This document shows, piece by piece, positions 23,484 through 36,830 of a DNA stretch of 41,934 bases (position 1 is the stretch's first letter; each line of letters opens with the position of its first letter). Origin of the DNA: Octopus bimaculoides (taxonomy: Eukaryota); assembly GCF_001194135.2 (NCBI RefSeq), contig NC_068986.1, forward strand, positions 100,595,531 through 100,637,464, read 5' to 3'. The position numbers and the translations under genes were made by a program. The notes under the pieces were generated by a model. That model worked only from the letters and a program-made list of their open reading frames with translations. It was not told where the DNA came from and did no database searches.

Positions 23484-23640
23484 TATATGTTTCAGTCACT
23501 TGACTGCGGCCATGTTGTAGCCGTACCATAAGGAATTATAGTCAAAGAAATCGACACCAGAACATATTTTTTGTAAATCTAGTATTTATTCTATCGATCT
23601 ATCTGCCGAACGACTAAATTACGGGGATCGAACGCCACGC
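23484..23640 (-). mobile_element. SINE 3' half (cephalopod-type)
   Basis: tttcagtcacttgactgcggccatg...aaatcgac.ccag.ac.tatt...agta.ttattctatcg.tct...tgccgaac..ctaa.ttacgggga; recognised from recall of an abundant octopus SINE, not verified. Confidence 0.6.
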
Positions 23641-23714
23641 ATCCTTTCCCAAGTAAATTTGATCTTAATAATTACAATACGCACTCTGCTACTATTACTA
23701 TCACTCCCTTGTCT

Positions 23715-23801
23715 AACTCTCTCCCTCTCTTGTTATTCATCCTTTCTGTTTTTCTTTCCCACCCTTTCCCTATTCTTCTCTCCCTTTCACCGTCCTCTCT
23801 A

Positions 23802-23835
<34 letters not shown>

Positions 23836-24265
23836 ACCTTGACCCTCTTGCCGCTGACACGAAAGGGGTTCTCTGTTTTTGTTCACTGCCTTCTTATAGA
23901 AAATACGTATTTTTCTGTCTCTTATCTCATCTACGTCTATCTTAGCGTTCATAATAATATTTCTATCGCCTTGGCTTAACAGCCCTCACTGTTTGTTTTT
24001 ATTGCCTTGTTCTCACTGTCCTCTTCTTGTTAACACTTTCACCCTCCGAAAAAGTTCCAAATTATATTTAATTTGCATTGCGGGAACGACTGTTCCAAAC
24101 GAAGTCGCATATTGTCCTCGCCTCTGAAACGCGGAGTAGATGGAACAGGGGCAACTGAGGAAGGGTTATACTGTTTATGTTGCATGTCTCGTTTCTCTGT
24201 TATTTTCGCTGTGCGAAAAAAGTTCGTTTTCTCTTTCCACCTTTATGATTTTGTTTCTCCTTGTG
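23715..24265 (+). repeat. Interspersed repeat copy 2
   Basis: Colinear with 17330-17797; contains an internal (CT)n expansion near 23800-23830. Confidence 0.85.
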
Positions 24266-24369
24266 TTTAACGTTTTTTGATGTCCTGTAGCCACATATGC
24301 ATGTATGTATACATATAGACGTAGGTATGTATATATATGTGTGGATATATGTATATGTTTATATTATTT

Positions 24370-24408
<39 letters not shown>

Positions 24409-25254
24409 ATNNNNNNNNNNNNNNNNNNNNNNNNNNNNNNNNNNNNNNNNNNNNNNNNNNNNNNNNNNNNNNNNNNNNNNNNNNNNNNNNNNNNNNNNNN
24501 NNNNNNNNNNNNNNNNNNNNNNNNNNNNNNNNNNNNNNNNNNNNNNNNNNNNNNNNNNNNNNNNNNNNNNNNNNNNNNNNNNNNNNNNNNNNNNNNNNNN
24601 NNNNNNNNNNNNNNNNNNNNNNNNNNNNNNNNNNNNNNNNNNNNNNNNNNNNNNNNNNNNNNNNNNNNNNNNNNNNNNNNNNNNNNNNNNNNNNNNNNNN
24701 NNNNNNNNNNNNNNNNNNNNNNNNNNNNNNNNNNNNNNNNNNNNNNNNNNNNNNNNNNNNNNNNNNNNNNNNNNNNNNNNNNNNNNNNNNNNNNNNNNNN
24801 NNNNNNNNNNNNNNNNNNNNNNNNNNNNNNNNNNNNNNNNNNNNNNNNNNNNNNNNNNNNNNNNNNNNNNNNNNNNNNNNNNNNNNNNNNNNNNNNNNNN
24901 NNNNNNNNNNNNNNNNNNNNNNNNNNNNNNNNNNNNNNNNNNNNNNNNNNNNNNNNNNNNNNNNNNNNNNNNNNNNNNNNNNNNNNNNNNNNNNNNNNNN
25001 NNNNNNNNNNNNNNNNNNNNNNNNNNNNNNNNNNNNNNNNNNNNNNNNNNNNNNNNNNNNNNNNNNNNNNNNNNNNNNNNNNNNNNNNNNNNNNNNNNNN
25101 NNNNNNNNNNNNNNNNNNNNNNNNNNNNNNNNNNNNNNNNNNNNNNNNNNNNNNNNNNNNNNNNNNNNNNNNNNNNNNNNNNNNNNNNNNNNNNNNNNNN
25201 NNNNNNNNNNNNNNNNNNNNNNNNNNNNNNNNNNNNNNNNNNNNNNNNNNNNNN

Positions 25255-25292
<38 letters not shown>

Positions 25293-25536
25293 GTAAATGG
25301 ATATGTTGGTAAACAGATGGGTACGTAGATAGATGTGTTTGTAGATAACACGGGCGGACAAGCACACACAAATCCATACATATAGACAGACACGAACACG
25401 CACACACAAGGAGATAGAAATAGACAAACGCACACATACATAAACACAAAAACATGCACATATACTTGAATACGCAGAATACATACACACTTGCACATAC
25501 GTATACATATATACATGTACACACACAGACACACAC

Positions 25537-25578
<42 letters not shown>

Positions 25579-26184
25579 GCATGCACATCCACATACATAC
25601 ATGCATATGTATATACACATGCATGATGACGCACACGCATGCGCTCAGACAAATTGGACGCAGCACCCATACCGGACAGGTCAACGAATGTTGAAGAGGC
25701 TGCAAGAAGCAACGGAGACTTTAGAAAAAAATTAAAGTAAATGAGTGGAAATCGAATCAGTGTGTGTGTTAATTAATAGGGCATTAATATAGTATGACTG
25801 TCCCCAGAACCAGCAAAATATATTTGCGGCCAAGTTAATTGCAAAATACATAGGAAAATGAATTAAGCAAAATAACTCAGAGTAGCAGGTGGAAATTATT
25901 GGTACAGGTCTGTTTAAAATTTATTGAAAATCGAACGTGGATACACGAATCGTAAGTTTTTAGATAGACCTTAATATACATACGTAGTAGTACAATGCTA
26001 ATAATCAATGAGAAATTGTAGTTTGGAAAACGTATTTGCTAGATGAGAGAAAAAAAACGTAAAACCAGCGAATAAAATTGTTTTGTAAATGCTGATTTCA
26101 TTCAATGAGAAAAACAGAAACAACATTGACAGAGGTACGAATAGAAATCATGTGATTAACTTTTTCGTAAAAGAATGCTATTGC

Positions 26185-26228
26185 TAAGGTTAATATCACA
26201 TCGTTTAGAGAATGTGATATTAACCTTA
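26185..26228. repeat. Perfect 17-bp inverted repeat with a 10-nt loop
   Basis: taaggttaatatcacat-cgtttagaga-atgtgatattaacctta. Confidence 0.93.
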
Positions 26229-26589
26229 AATGAAATCTGACTTGAATTAACAAAATGTTGCTTCTTATCATGTAAAAATTTTCAGTGCACCGACATTCGC
26301 TGCAAGTGAGGTGGAAGCTTAATCCAGTGGTGCATATTAAATTGAAAAAAAAAAAGGCTTTAATAAACAGAACATCGACAAAGAAGACACGAAAAGAGGT
26401 TTAAAAATTCGTTTGTTTTTCCTTCTGCTAGTATTAATCTCAAACTACTGCTTTTAAATTCAAGGATTTCGCGCATGAAATCCTATTAAGATTTGACAGG
26501 CATTCAAATGCAAAAGCATTTTACCGTACACGCACATAGGAACGCACACATACATACTCACATATTTTCAGAAATATATGAAATACATA

Positions 26590-26618
26590 TACAAAATTAT
26601 ATATGTAAGTATGTATGC

Positions 26619-26661
<43 letters not shown>

Positions 26662-26749
26662 AAGATATATATATATATATATAAATAAATATATATATGC
26701 ATATATATGTATATATAGATACATGCATATACTTACACATACATACGTG

Positions 26750-26805
<56 letters not shown>

Positions 26806-26812
26806 TATATAT
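26590..26812. repeat. (AT)n/(AC)n tract
   Basis: Direct reading. Confidence 0.92.
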
Positions 26813-27099
26813 TTTGAGCTATAGATGTACGTTCAATGATTCCTAAAATTCCAGTTCAACACAAAACACACGAATGTGAGTGTGCGTGTGTGTTTTTATG
26901 TGTATCTATGTAATTTAACTTATTTGCGAATTTGCGTGTGTGGTTGCGCCTAGTGCTTCAGTATTTGTGTGTATTGTGCGAATGCATGTTACATAACAAT
27001 ATATAAATTTCGTAAAGGATAATGTGTATTAGTAGGCCTAAACAAACTGAATTACATTGAGTTTTATGATTAGAACATTTAAAAGCTTTCATTCCCCTA

Positions 27100-29850
27100 T
27101 TAAGAGGCCATATTGTTTGCATGTTTTGTGATTGTAACATTTGTTTAAATACAAATATTTGATTACTGAAAGCTGAAAACCTATAAGTTCAATATACCTC
27201 GACATTTGAAGGTAATTCTCAATGATTATAATTTTCGGATTTTGACATTTGCTATTTTGAATGTATCTCTATCTTTTGACGAGCCTTGTCGTGGAATTCT
27301 CTCCGGAGTCACGTATTATTTTCCTTGATAGACATCTTATTAAATTTCAATCGCAATCCCTTTAAGAGACATTTGTAAATTCTGTTTCTCCTTATCCTAT
27401 GGCGGCAAGGATTTATTGGACTAACTATATATAATCATTATGAAATGGTTTCCTATTATTTAAGCAAGGATCAAAAGGGCCAAATACATTATCCAGTAAT
27501 TAGATGATGTGCCACCGAAGAGAGTTTAGATAAATATGTCAATGGACCTTGTGTGGCATGCCATTTCAGAATCACGAGTAAATTTCAACCTTCCAGTTAT
27601 ACTACAGAGAAGATCCTGATGGTTTATAATTGATAAATTAGTCGGCTCTTGTTTCACAATTATTGATCCTCAAATGCAATATATTATCAGCATAACATTT
27701 TGATCATATTTCTATTCATTGCTTTTATGTATAACATTTATTGAGAGATGCGTCATTGCATACCAGTTCGAATTTTCCCTTGCATTTCTATATCATTTCT
27801 TACGTAGTGCGTTGCACGATTAAGGAATGAAAAGCACTTATCAAAATTACATTCGCATCTGTATTTATTATTTTTTTATATATACACTTGTTTTGTTATT
27901 TTTCTTGATGTTCCGAAATTTGGCAGCTTACCACAATTTCATAGATATTGGCTTTGATTGAAAAAATTCTGCCTATAAACTATAAATCTTCTTTGATTTA
28001 AGGATTATTCTGTGATTGACTTGTTGGAAGTTAGATTTTATGTGAACAATATTTTTTTTTCTATACTGTAGTTAAACGTCGTGGTAGCGATTATTGAAGG
28101 AATTAAGATAATCTTAATTCACTAGTTAGCGGTTTCTAGGGACTGTTCAGGGATATCTTGATACATTTCAGTCTGCACTGTTCCTAAACAAAATGTTATA
28201 CTAGAGAATTCCTACATTTATTCCATTGTTACCAAGTCATAGACGAGAAGCTCTGCTTCTTAGTATAAACTGATATCTTCTCATGTTTATAGAAATCATC
28301 GCATATTTGTTGGTGTGAAAAGTATCTGGTGATACCATTACATTATTAGTTATAGAATAACATGTTAGAAGTTCTATTATATGACATAATGTTAGATATT
28401 AGATATCTTGCTTACATTGCTAACTACATATTTTTATTACGCACCAGCATATGGGATCAATATCCATAAACATTATAATCTCGGTCGGTTAGCTCAAAGT
28501 ATTATTCACATATGCGAAGTCTTTTTGATGCCTATTCGTGCATTTAATTAGTGCAAGATATCGCCTTCATCACACCCTCACACTCTGTAACTTTACTTTA
28601 TTTAGGAAGTATATTTCAATTTTTCAGATCTAGTTACAGTGTGATGAATACAGTTTATGTTCCTATTTTCATATTTTGTAGCGTGCTTGGCAATGTTGAA
28701 TTTACTTTCGGGAAGTTTGAGTTGGTAATTCATTTCGATTCGGAATTTCGTTCTATTTTGAAATCGCTTTGTAACTGGACACTCATATCTATATCGTAAG
28801 CGACCGCAACTTCTTCCTAAGGTACATGAATGCGATAACATATCAGAATATGATCGGTAAATAATATCTATAACGCATAGAAGGACTTGCTTCTTTGCGT
28901 TGACGCCCCAATACGGTATCAACACCACATGTAGATCCGATGCTAGCACAGGTGACAGTGTGCAGATAAGGTATATGAGAAAAGCGTGACATCGGCTGCT
29001 CCTCCACTCCGAGAATTACAATTTTCTCGTGATTGAGAGTTTCCTTTACGTTAAAAGAGTTAATTAATAATAAACAAAATACTCTGGAGTAATATGCCGG
29101 ATAAGAAAAAAAAAACATGCTTCTTTTGTAGTTTTAAGACTTAAGATTTTATTTGTTGATATTGGAACCATGTCGAATATATGAAACTTTCCATATTTTT
29201 GAAGTCTGTAGGTGTTGTGTTCTTGTCACCAATTGTTCTGTCGTTCTCTGGCTTTTGCGTGACATTAGTCTTTGAATTATAGATAGTAATATTCAGATAG
29301 CTTGATCATAGGTGTTGATCCTTTGACATCCAAAGCATTTCGCTTTTCCTTATTGATTTTAACTTTGTTCCTTTCAAAGCGATTGTAGCTACAGTTGTTG
29401 ATGCGATCAGTGACATTTTGTGACGTACTAGTGAGATTATTTCTAATTAATTACCATTATTCAACAATACAGCGATGAACGTTGATTAGTTTGTATCATA
29501 GTTCCGGGTGAACAACTGTTTGAAGATTGATTATGTGACAAGATTTTGAAACATTGTGACATCATCATTTCTTTGAGATTGTAATCACTGTCACTTTTTT
29601 GTCATGTCCTGGAAGACGATCTTCATGCACATCATAACTGTCTACAGAGCATACATATGAACTGCGAGCTTGCAAGTTCGTGTTAGTGATGAGAATGCAA
29701 TGATACGAAAAGATTGTAACCTGGGAAAGTACACTGAAATTACAGCCTGCAAGACATTTTTTTTTTACTAATGACGTCATTCCACACCTGATTAGCACTT
29801 CTTATCCTAGCTTTGAGGTCTCCTGTTAGCAGAAATTTGTCCCGTATTGT
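27100..29850 (-). mobile_element. Highly degenerate R2/NeSL-like non-LTR retrotransposon (zinc-finger-like N-terminus plus RT)
   Basis: Colinear minus-strand remnants: KCLAGC...FSYH...YVCS...GH (29565-29798), SP*KPLT...RRL (about 28100), KIRTGMQ*RISQ*MLY (about 27760), CYADNIL (27683-27697) and a KYLG-like remnant near 27455. Many stops and frameshifts. Confidence 0.45.
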
Positions 29851-31049
29851 TTCTTTCAAAATGGTACTACTCAGTTGGTCGTAACATTGATCTTTTTTCA
29901 TTCTGGGTTCACACCACAATTTGAACGTAAACTGAGCTGAGTGTAATAAATATGTTTTGAGATAATAGTATAAAGAGAATCATAACTTGTTTGTCTATGA
30001 GAATGGGTAGTAAGTGGATGGGGTTTTATTTGTGTCCGTCCCATCTCCCGACAATATCTAACTGGATCTCATTTCTAGTAATTTTTATTCCCGTGTTTGT
30101 CTTTATTAACACAGGTCAGATATATTAAAGACGAAACAAGTGAGATCTTTCAATAGAAGAAATGCACATTGTTCTGAACAGTCAGCATGGTTAAGATGAA
30201 ATGTTCTTACATGTTTCAAGCATATGGCTCTTAATTCCAAATTTTGTTTTGTTATACTTTTGAGAAAAAGTATAGAATGCTAAGTAAAATTTCCTGGGAA
30301 GCGAAAACGTGACTACCAATCGTTAGCCAATATTTGATTTTTCACATTCTGGATGTACACATATTTAGGAGCTAAATTTCCATGAACATATAAAAACTGG
30401 AGGAGTTAATTGAAACACACAAGCCCTCCAATATGACGAAGCACGCCTATCTATCATGTATAACTAATATACACCCGGAAAAGCGCATTTACACATATAA
30501 TAAAGTTCCAATATACTCGCAATATTTTATTCTTCTACCAATATATTAATGTCATATACTTCAGCTCATGTATACATTGATTGAGTACCGGAGAAGTTAC
30601 TACGTTTTTTATGATGCGCAGTATTGGGATATTATTAAAAATATTTAGGTTAATGTTAGAATATATATATTGCATGGATATTAAAAAAAAGTGTAATTAG
30701 AGGTGTAAATGAGGAGAAAACAACAGGAGTCAAAATGTAATAACATTTTATTTTTGAGGGTATTGGATACGCGAAACCTTTAGAATAACGTAAAAAAAAA
30801 ATATCGAAAGTAATTAGATTATGCCCTTCAAATATTACATAAGTAAGCGCCGTGCCGATAAATGTATCTTCTCGGAAATAGAATTCCGGTAATTTGAGAG
30901 AGTGGAAACACGGTTGATATACATTAGCTTTCCCACATGGATGTTGTTTCATCTAACCGCGCGTCACATGAGTTAAGCAAGAAAAAACAGTGAAATAATA
31001 AAAATACGGTTAAGTAATACATTGACTTATCCTCATTCTCTAAGAGGTT

Positions 31050-31107
31050 TGTTTATATATGTATATATATATATATACACACACATACTCACACACACAG
31101 AAACACA

Positions 31108-31185
<78 letters not shown>

Positions 31186-31292
31186 NNNNNNNNNNNNNNN
31201 NNNNNNNNNNNNNNNNNNNNNNNNNNNNNNNNNNNNNNNNNNNNNNNNNNNNNNNNNNNNNNNNNNNNNNNNNNNNNNNNNNNNNNNNNNNN

Positions 31293-31328
<36 letters not shown>

Positions 31329-31350
31329 GGATATAGATATATATATATAT
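31050..31350. repeat. (AC)n/(AT)n tract around a gap
   Basis: Direct reading. Confidence 0.92.
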
Positions 31351-31649
31351 ATATTTGCTGGGAATTTACAGGTATTACGCAGCACTCATACATGAACATG
31401 TTTAAAATGAAACGTTTAGAAGAGAACAGAATTATCCTTAATAGAATAAAATAGAATGTATGTATGTGTGTATGTGTATATATATATATCTATATAAGAA
31501 AAATAGAAGTTGGAAATGCACTGATAATAGTTAAGATATTTTTTATTAATGCTTTAATCCGGTTTCAGATTTTACACTAATTTTCAAAATGTTCAAATAC
31601 AAAGACGAGGCTTATGTCGCAGATTTCTTACTTCTGACTAGTGTATGAA

Positions 31650-31900
31650 GCTTGCTCTATTTTAAAATACAAAACAAGTCTTGCAAATGTCGACCTGGAC
31701 CTCTTAAACCATCTCCCAAAATTCCTAAACAATGATACCACTGTTGTATCTTTTGATGTGGTAAACCTCTATATCACAATGTCAAACTAATACGGACTAG
31801 AGGCAATAAAGTTTGGGCTTCAGAACTTCAAACTGCAAACAAAATTGAAAAGAGTTTCATAACTGAAGGATTAAAGTTTATCCCCGAAAACAAAACAAAA
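31650..31900 (+). mobile_element. Penelope-like element reverse transcriptase fragment
   Basis: DLDLLNHLPKFLNNDTTVVSFDVVNLYITMSN*YGLEAIKFGL, frameshift, KSFITEGLKFIPENK; matches the PLE RT pattern SFDVxNLYTxIP...GLEAI...FILEN. Confidence 0.75.
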
Positions 31901-33015
31901 GTGTATCCTCGAAAACTTGCATAAAAGGTTTTCTTTCCGCACTGGCTACCTAGTAAATTCATTATTGATTTTACCTTCTATTACATGTATATATATNNNN
32001 NNNNNNNNNNNNNNNNNNNNNNNNNNNNNNNNNNNNNNNNNNNNNNNNNNNNNNNNNNNNNNNNNNNNNNNNNNNNNNNNNNNNNNNNNNNNNNNNNNNN
32101 NNNNNNNNNNNNNNNNNNNNNNNNNNNNNNNNNNNNNNNNNNNNNNNNNNNNNNNNNNNNNNNNNNNNNNNNNNNNNNNNNNNNNNNNNNNNNNNNNNNN
32201 NNNNNNNNNNNNNNNNNNNNNNNNNNNNNNNNNNNNNNNNNNNNNNNNNNNNNNNNNNNNNNNNNNNNNNNNNNNNNNNNNNNNNNNNNNNNNNNNNNNN
32301 NNNNNNNNNNNNNNNNNNNNNNNNNNNNNNNNNNNNNNNNNNNNNNNNNNNNNNNNNNNNNNNNNNNNNNNNNNNNNNNNNNNNNNNNNNNNNNNNNNNN
32401 NNNNNNNNNNNNNNNNNNNNNNNNNNNNNNNNNNNNNNNNNNNNNNNNNNNNNNNNNNNNNNNNNNNNNNNNNNNNNNNNNNNNNNNNNNNNNNNNNNNN
32501 NNNNNNNNNNNNNNNNNNNNNNNNNNNNNNNNNNNNNNNNNNNNNNNNNNNNNNNNNNNNNNNNNNNNNNNNNNNNNNNNNNNNNNNNNNNNNNNNNNTA
32601 TATATATATATATATATGCGCTCGTGTGTGTATGGGTGTGCCCCTGTGTGTGTGTGCTTGTGTGTTTGTAAATGCGTTTATGTATATGTGCACAAGTGTG
32701 GTGTGATCATTATGTTTCTGATTCCTTGCGTGCATATAATATGTAGACGTGCAATTGCTAGTGTTAGTGCTTGTGTCATGAAAGTAAGGTTTAATTTCGA
32801 TTAATCAAGTTGAAGTAGACATCAATAGCCATAATTTGTCAGTCGATGTTCAGTGACAGCATCGTGTTGACTTTCTTGAAGGGAAGCCATCCATTGACAG
32901 ACTTATAAATATTTCTAGATTAGAGAGACATCAGCCATGATATATTCATCAATTCAACATGTGGATTAATACAGCTATAACCTAGGCGCAGTTACTGCAG
33001 TATTTGTAACTGCCG

Positions 33016-33330
33016 TTATTATTATTTAGTCGCCTTATTTTATCTCGTGCTTTCGCTGCACTACTGAGCTTAGTACTACGCGACTCGAGTATATGATCTG
33101 GTTTGCTTCGTTATTGATGCATTTTGTGTACCCAGAATGTTATACGTAAGATGTGTGCGCTTCCTTGCAGTATTTGTTTCTGCATATTATATATATTCGT
33201 TATGCCTGGTTATTTTGTTACTTATTTGTCTGCATGAGTTTTACTTACACTTAAAGTAAGCATTATTCTCTTTGTTTTTCAGGTCCAGTATTTTTACGAC
33301 AATTCATTTCCCATTGGTTAGTACTCAAAT
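33016..33330 (-). mobile_element. Older R4/Dong-type LINE 3' end (RLE tail, 3' UTR, short TAA tail)
   Basis: Minus translation YWT*KTKRIMLTLSVSKTHADK*VTK*PGITNIYNMQKQILQGSAHILRITF. The 3' UTR gctcagtagtgcagcgaaagcacgagataaaataaggcgactaaataataataa is homologous to 2325-2380. Confidence 0.75.
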
Positions 33331-33334
33331 TCAC

Positions 33335-33870
33335 AGTGAAACTGGAATAAAATGTACGAAGCCCAGTATACCCATCATGATTACCAGCCTGATGAGGTTA
33401 CACCCGGCACATGCATCACAACATATGTGCGTGACATGGTGATCTCATATGAAGATTAACAGCGCATAACCTTGCAGGTGGGGTCAACTTAGAATTTTCT
33501 GCAGGTCGAGTAGCCCATCCCACACAAATGGACACTGAATAAGGGTTGTTGAAGGATGTTGAACGAAACACCCATGGGGGTGAACGAAACACCCTGGGGA
33601 ATTATCCAAACTCAAAAGAATCACTCTCAACACATGGCTATGAAGCACCATCATTATTTAATTCGTGATCAAAGATGCACATATCGTCAACCATTGAGGG
33701 ACATGATCAACTGGTTAAGGTCAAACGACCGAGAAGTAAATCTGTGGTCATGAGCAGATTATCTGCTGTGGCTCATCTGTTATACCAATACAAACTAATG
33801 CACGTGATAACACATCCACTCAGTTGAGAAACCAGGAGAGCTACTGCCTGGAACTGCATTAGGGTATTTA
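33335..33870 (-). mobile_element. ~540-bp non-coding interspersed repeat (copy 2, more diverged, 3' tip missing)
   Basis: The reverse complement aligns with about 2451-2985; same start motif (taaataccc) directly after (AAT)n. Confidence 0.8.
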
Positions 33871-33871
33871 T

Positions 33872-33882
33872 AATTATTATTA

Positions 33883-33932
<50 letters not shown>

Positions 33933-33933
33933 G
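33872..33933. repeat. (TTA)n microsatellite
   Basis: Direct reading. Confidence 0.95.
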
Positions 33934-35889
33934 TGCTCATCGATTTTGTGGTACGAAAGCTAGATCGGTTGACATCTGTTTACACTTGAGATTTTGTTGC
34001 TCAAAATTTTTTTGGGCAACTTTAAAGAAAGACCTCAACTAAAGTTGATAAATTTTGTAATATTTATAAGTTTTCATCAAGTTTGTTTCCCCAGTATAAC
34101 ATCAGAGCATCGACAACTCCCATCAACAGATACCGTAAGAGGGAAGAAATTAGTCAAGCTGCAATATCCGTTAATTCTCCTTAATTGATAAAATTCAAGT
34201 GTACGCGCTCTTTCGATTTTTATCTGTGAAGCATCTGTGAAACATTCTAGGTGAAAACAGACATATTACATTATATAATAATCTCAGTAGAAAGTTACAT
34301 CTTTGGGAAGCTGATGGTTATTTCACCGGCTTCCACTTAAGTTTCTTCATAACTAAAAGCAACATAAGTTAAAGTATCAATAAGATATCTTTGTTTATCT
34401 ATTTCGTCGGCTTAGTGAAAATGGTTCCTCCAGGTTCGGATATGGTAACATTCGAATTTCATCCTTTCCAAATCTGGCTTGAAATGTTTAAACTAAATGA
34501 AATTGGTCATCCGCCTTTTAATATCTAATAATGTGGTAAATATTTATAGTTAGTTTTTCACCACTGGAATGAAATCGATGTATAAGGATATCGATCTACC
34601 TTATATAAAAAGAAATACGGCGTGTGTTCTTGTAGCCCGCTACAGTGCCAAGAGTAAAACTTCTCATAGATTCAATGTGACGTAAAATATGCAATACAAG
34701 CGCTTACAAATCAAGGGAATAAAATGACAGAATTCCTTTTTTTTCTTGTCCTATGTCTACATATGTTTATATTGGTGTATATAAGCAAGTGTAATATACG
34801 TTTGCCAAAGCCAAGAAATGCTGTTAGATAAGTACAAGGAGGAGAGAAAATATGCCATTGTACATCACATATTTCATGTATTTCCAGTGTAAATGAAAGA
34901 GGAAAGCAGTGAATAACTGGATTGAAAGATAAATTATTCAAGGTGCGGACAATGATGATGAATTTAGGATGGAAATAAAAATGAGTTGAGGATGATGGCG
35001 ATGAACATAATGAGAAAGACGATGGCAATAACATCGCGGCTAGTAATATTGATTATGATAATGATAATGATGAAGAAATAAGTCTATGAAGAAAGGGGAA
35101 AGAAAGAGGCTATTGATAATAGAAAACAGAGGGAATAAGGGGATACTATGGATGCAGAATTTTCAATGCGGTATCCATTTATACATTTAAGTTTTTCTCA
35201 TAAAGATATCAAAAACGAGCTCTCCTTCGAAGCGGCATCTTTTGAATGAAATGAAAGAACTGAAAAAGAAAAAGAAAGTAAAAGGAAAAGGCAAAGTGGA
35301 GAAAATAAGAAATGCACGTGATATTGTTGGGCATTTATTGTGATTGAAATCGTTTCTATATTTGTTATTTTTTTATTTTTTTCTTTGTATTAAATCGAAA
35401 ATAACAGCGAGAGACAGAAACAGAAAATAATATCACAGAGAACAAAAAATAGCATGAAGTGAAATTTATTACAAAAGGATTACATAAAAATAGTTGTAAT
35501 AATAACTCTGTGTGTGTGTGTGTGTATGACTGCGCCTGGGTTTGTCTATTAACTTATTCACACTCACACATACCAACGTACACACATAGACACACGGACA
35601 CACACATATGACTGCATATATAAAGAAAAACTGTGTTAGAAGAAATATTTTTTTACCAGTGTTTGAGTTACTAATACTTTTTTCATGTTATATTAAGCTA
35701 TTTTCGTCAGAGGCAAATATGATTTATGCGTATTATTTCAGACATCTATAATCTAATGCTATCATAAAATTACAAGTTTTCTTACGATAGTATCGAAGCA
35801 CAAATAAATATGTCCAAGTTTTACTTTCGTCAAAATCGTAGAGCAGGACTCTCGAATATATTTTGAATAAGATATATAAATATATAAAT

Positions 35890-35940
35890 TATTGTATGTA
35901 TGTATATATGTATGTATCTCTCTATCTCCCTTTTTCTCTC

Positions 35941-35983
<43 letters not shown>

Positions 35984-36378
35984 NNNNNNNNNNNNNNNNN
36001 NNNNNNNNNNNNNNNNNNNNNNNNNNNNNNNNNNNNNNNNNNNNNNNNNNNNNNNNNNNNNNNNNNNNNNNNNNNNNNNNNNNNNNNNNNNNNNNNNNNN
36101 NNNNNNNNNNNNNNNNNNNNNNNNNNNNNNNNNNNNNNNNNNNNNNNNNNNNNNNNNNNNNNNNNNNNNNNNNNNNNNNNNNNNNNNNNNNNNNNNNNNN
36201 NNNNNNNNNNNNNNNNNNNNNNNNNNNNNNNNNNNNNNNNNNNNNNNNNNNNNNNNNNNNNNNNNNNNNNNNNNNNNNNNNNNNNNNNNNNNNNNNNNNN
36301 NNNNNNNNNNNNNNNNNNNNNNNNNNNNNNNNNNNNNNNNNNNNNNNNNNNNNNNNNNNNNNNNNNNNNNNNNNNNNN

Positions 36379-36427
<49 letters not shown>

Positions 36428-36428
36428 C
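35890..36428. repeat. (AT)n tract around a gap
   Basis: Direct reading. Confidence 0.9.
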
Positions 36429-36594
36429 GAGTCAGTGGACAAATAGCAGAAGGGAAATCAACACATATATCGGGAGTTACATGTATGTACCAAAACAGTT
36501 TGATTCTTCAAATTATTCTGTGCTACGTAAAGTTTCAAAGCCCGTGAAATGTGTCACCGGGCACTGGAAATCATAATACATATGACGATGCATA

Positions 36595-36830
36595 TGTGAG
36601 GGCATTGTACTCAGGATCGCTTGATTGTGATTTCAATTATTAGACCGGATGGTGTGATGTGTTCTTGAGCAAACCACTTCATGACACGTTGCTTTGCGAT
36701 CACTTCGACCCCTGATTCGCACAACGTCAGTTTTTGGAATAGAGTGAGTGAATGTAATGATGAATGGTGGCGCTGTGGTATATTAAACAACTGTTCGGTC
36801 CAGATGACACACGCATCTCATACTATTGGG
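36595..36830 (+). mobile_element. Degenerate tRNA-derived SINE
   Basis: Eroded A-box/B-box-like head (gtgagggcattgtactca...gatttcaattat) followed by gatgtgttcttgagcaaaccactt, resembling the tgtgtccttgagcaagrcactt motif of mollusc SINE bodies. Confidence 0.45.

Noticed and set aside
33284-33317. Strong-looking + strand exon (VQYFYDNSFPIG) with tttttcag and gttagt sites
   Set aside because: It lies within the antisense strand of the Dong RLE remnant, which explains the sequence.
34960-35090. Acidic D/E/N-rich reading
   Set aside because: Degenerate (GAT)n/(AAT)n low-complexity sequence.
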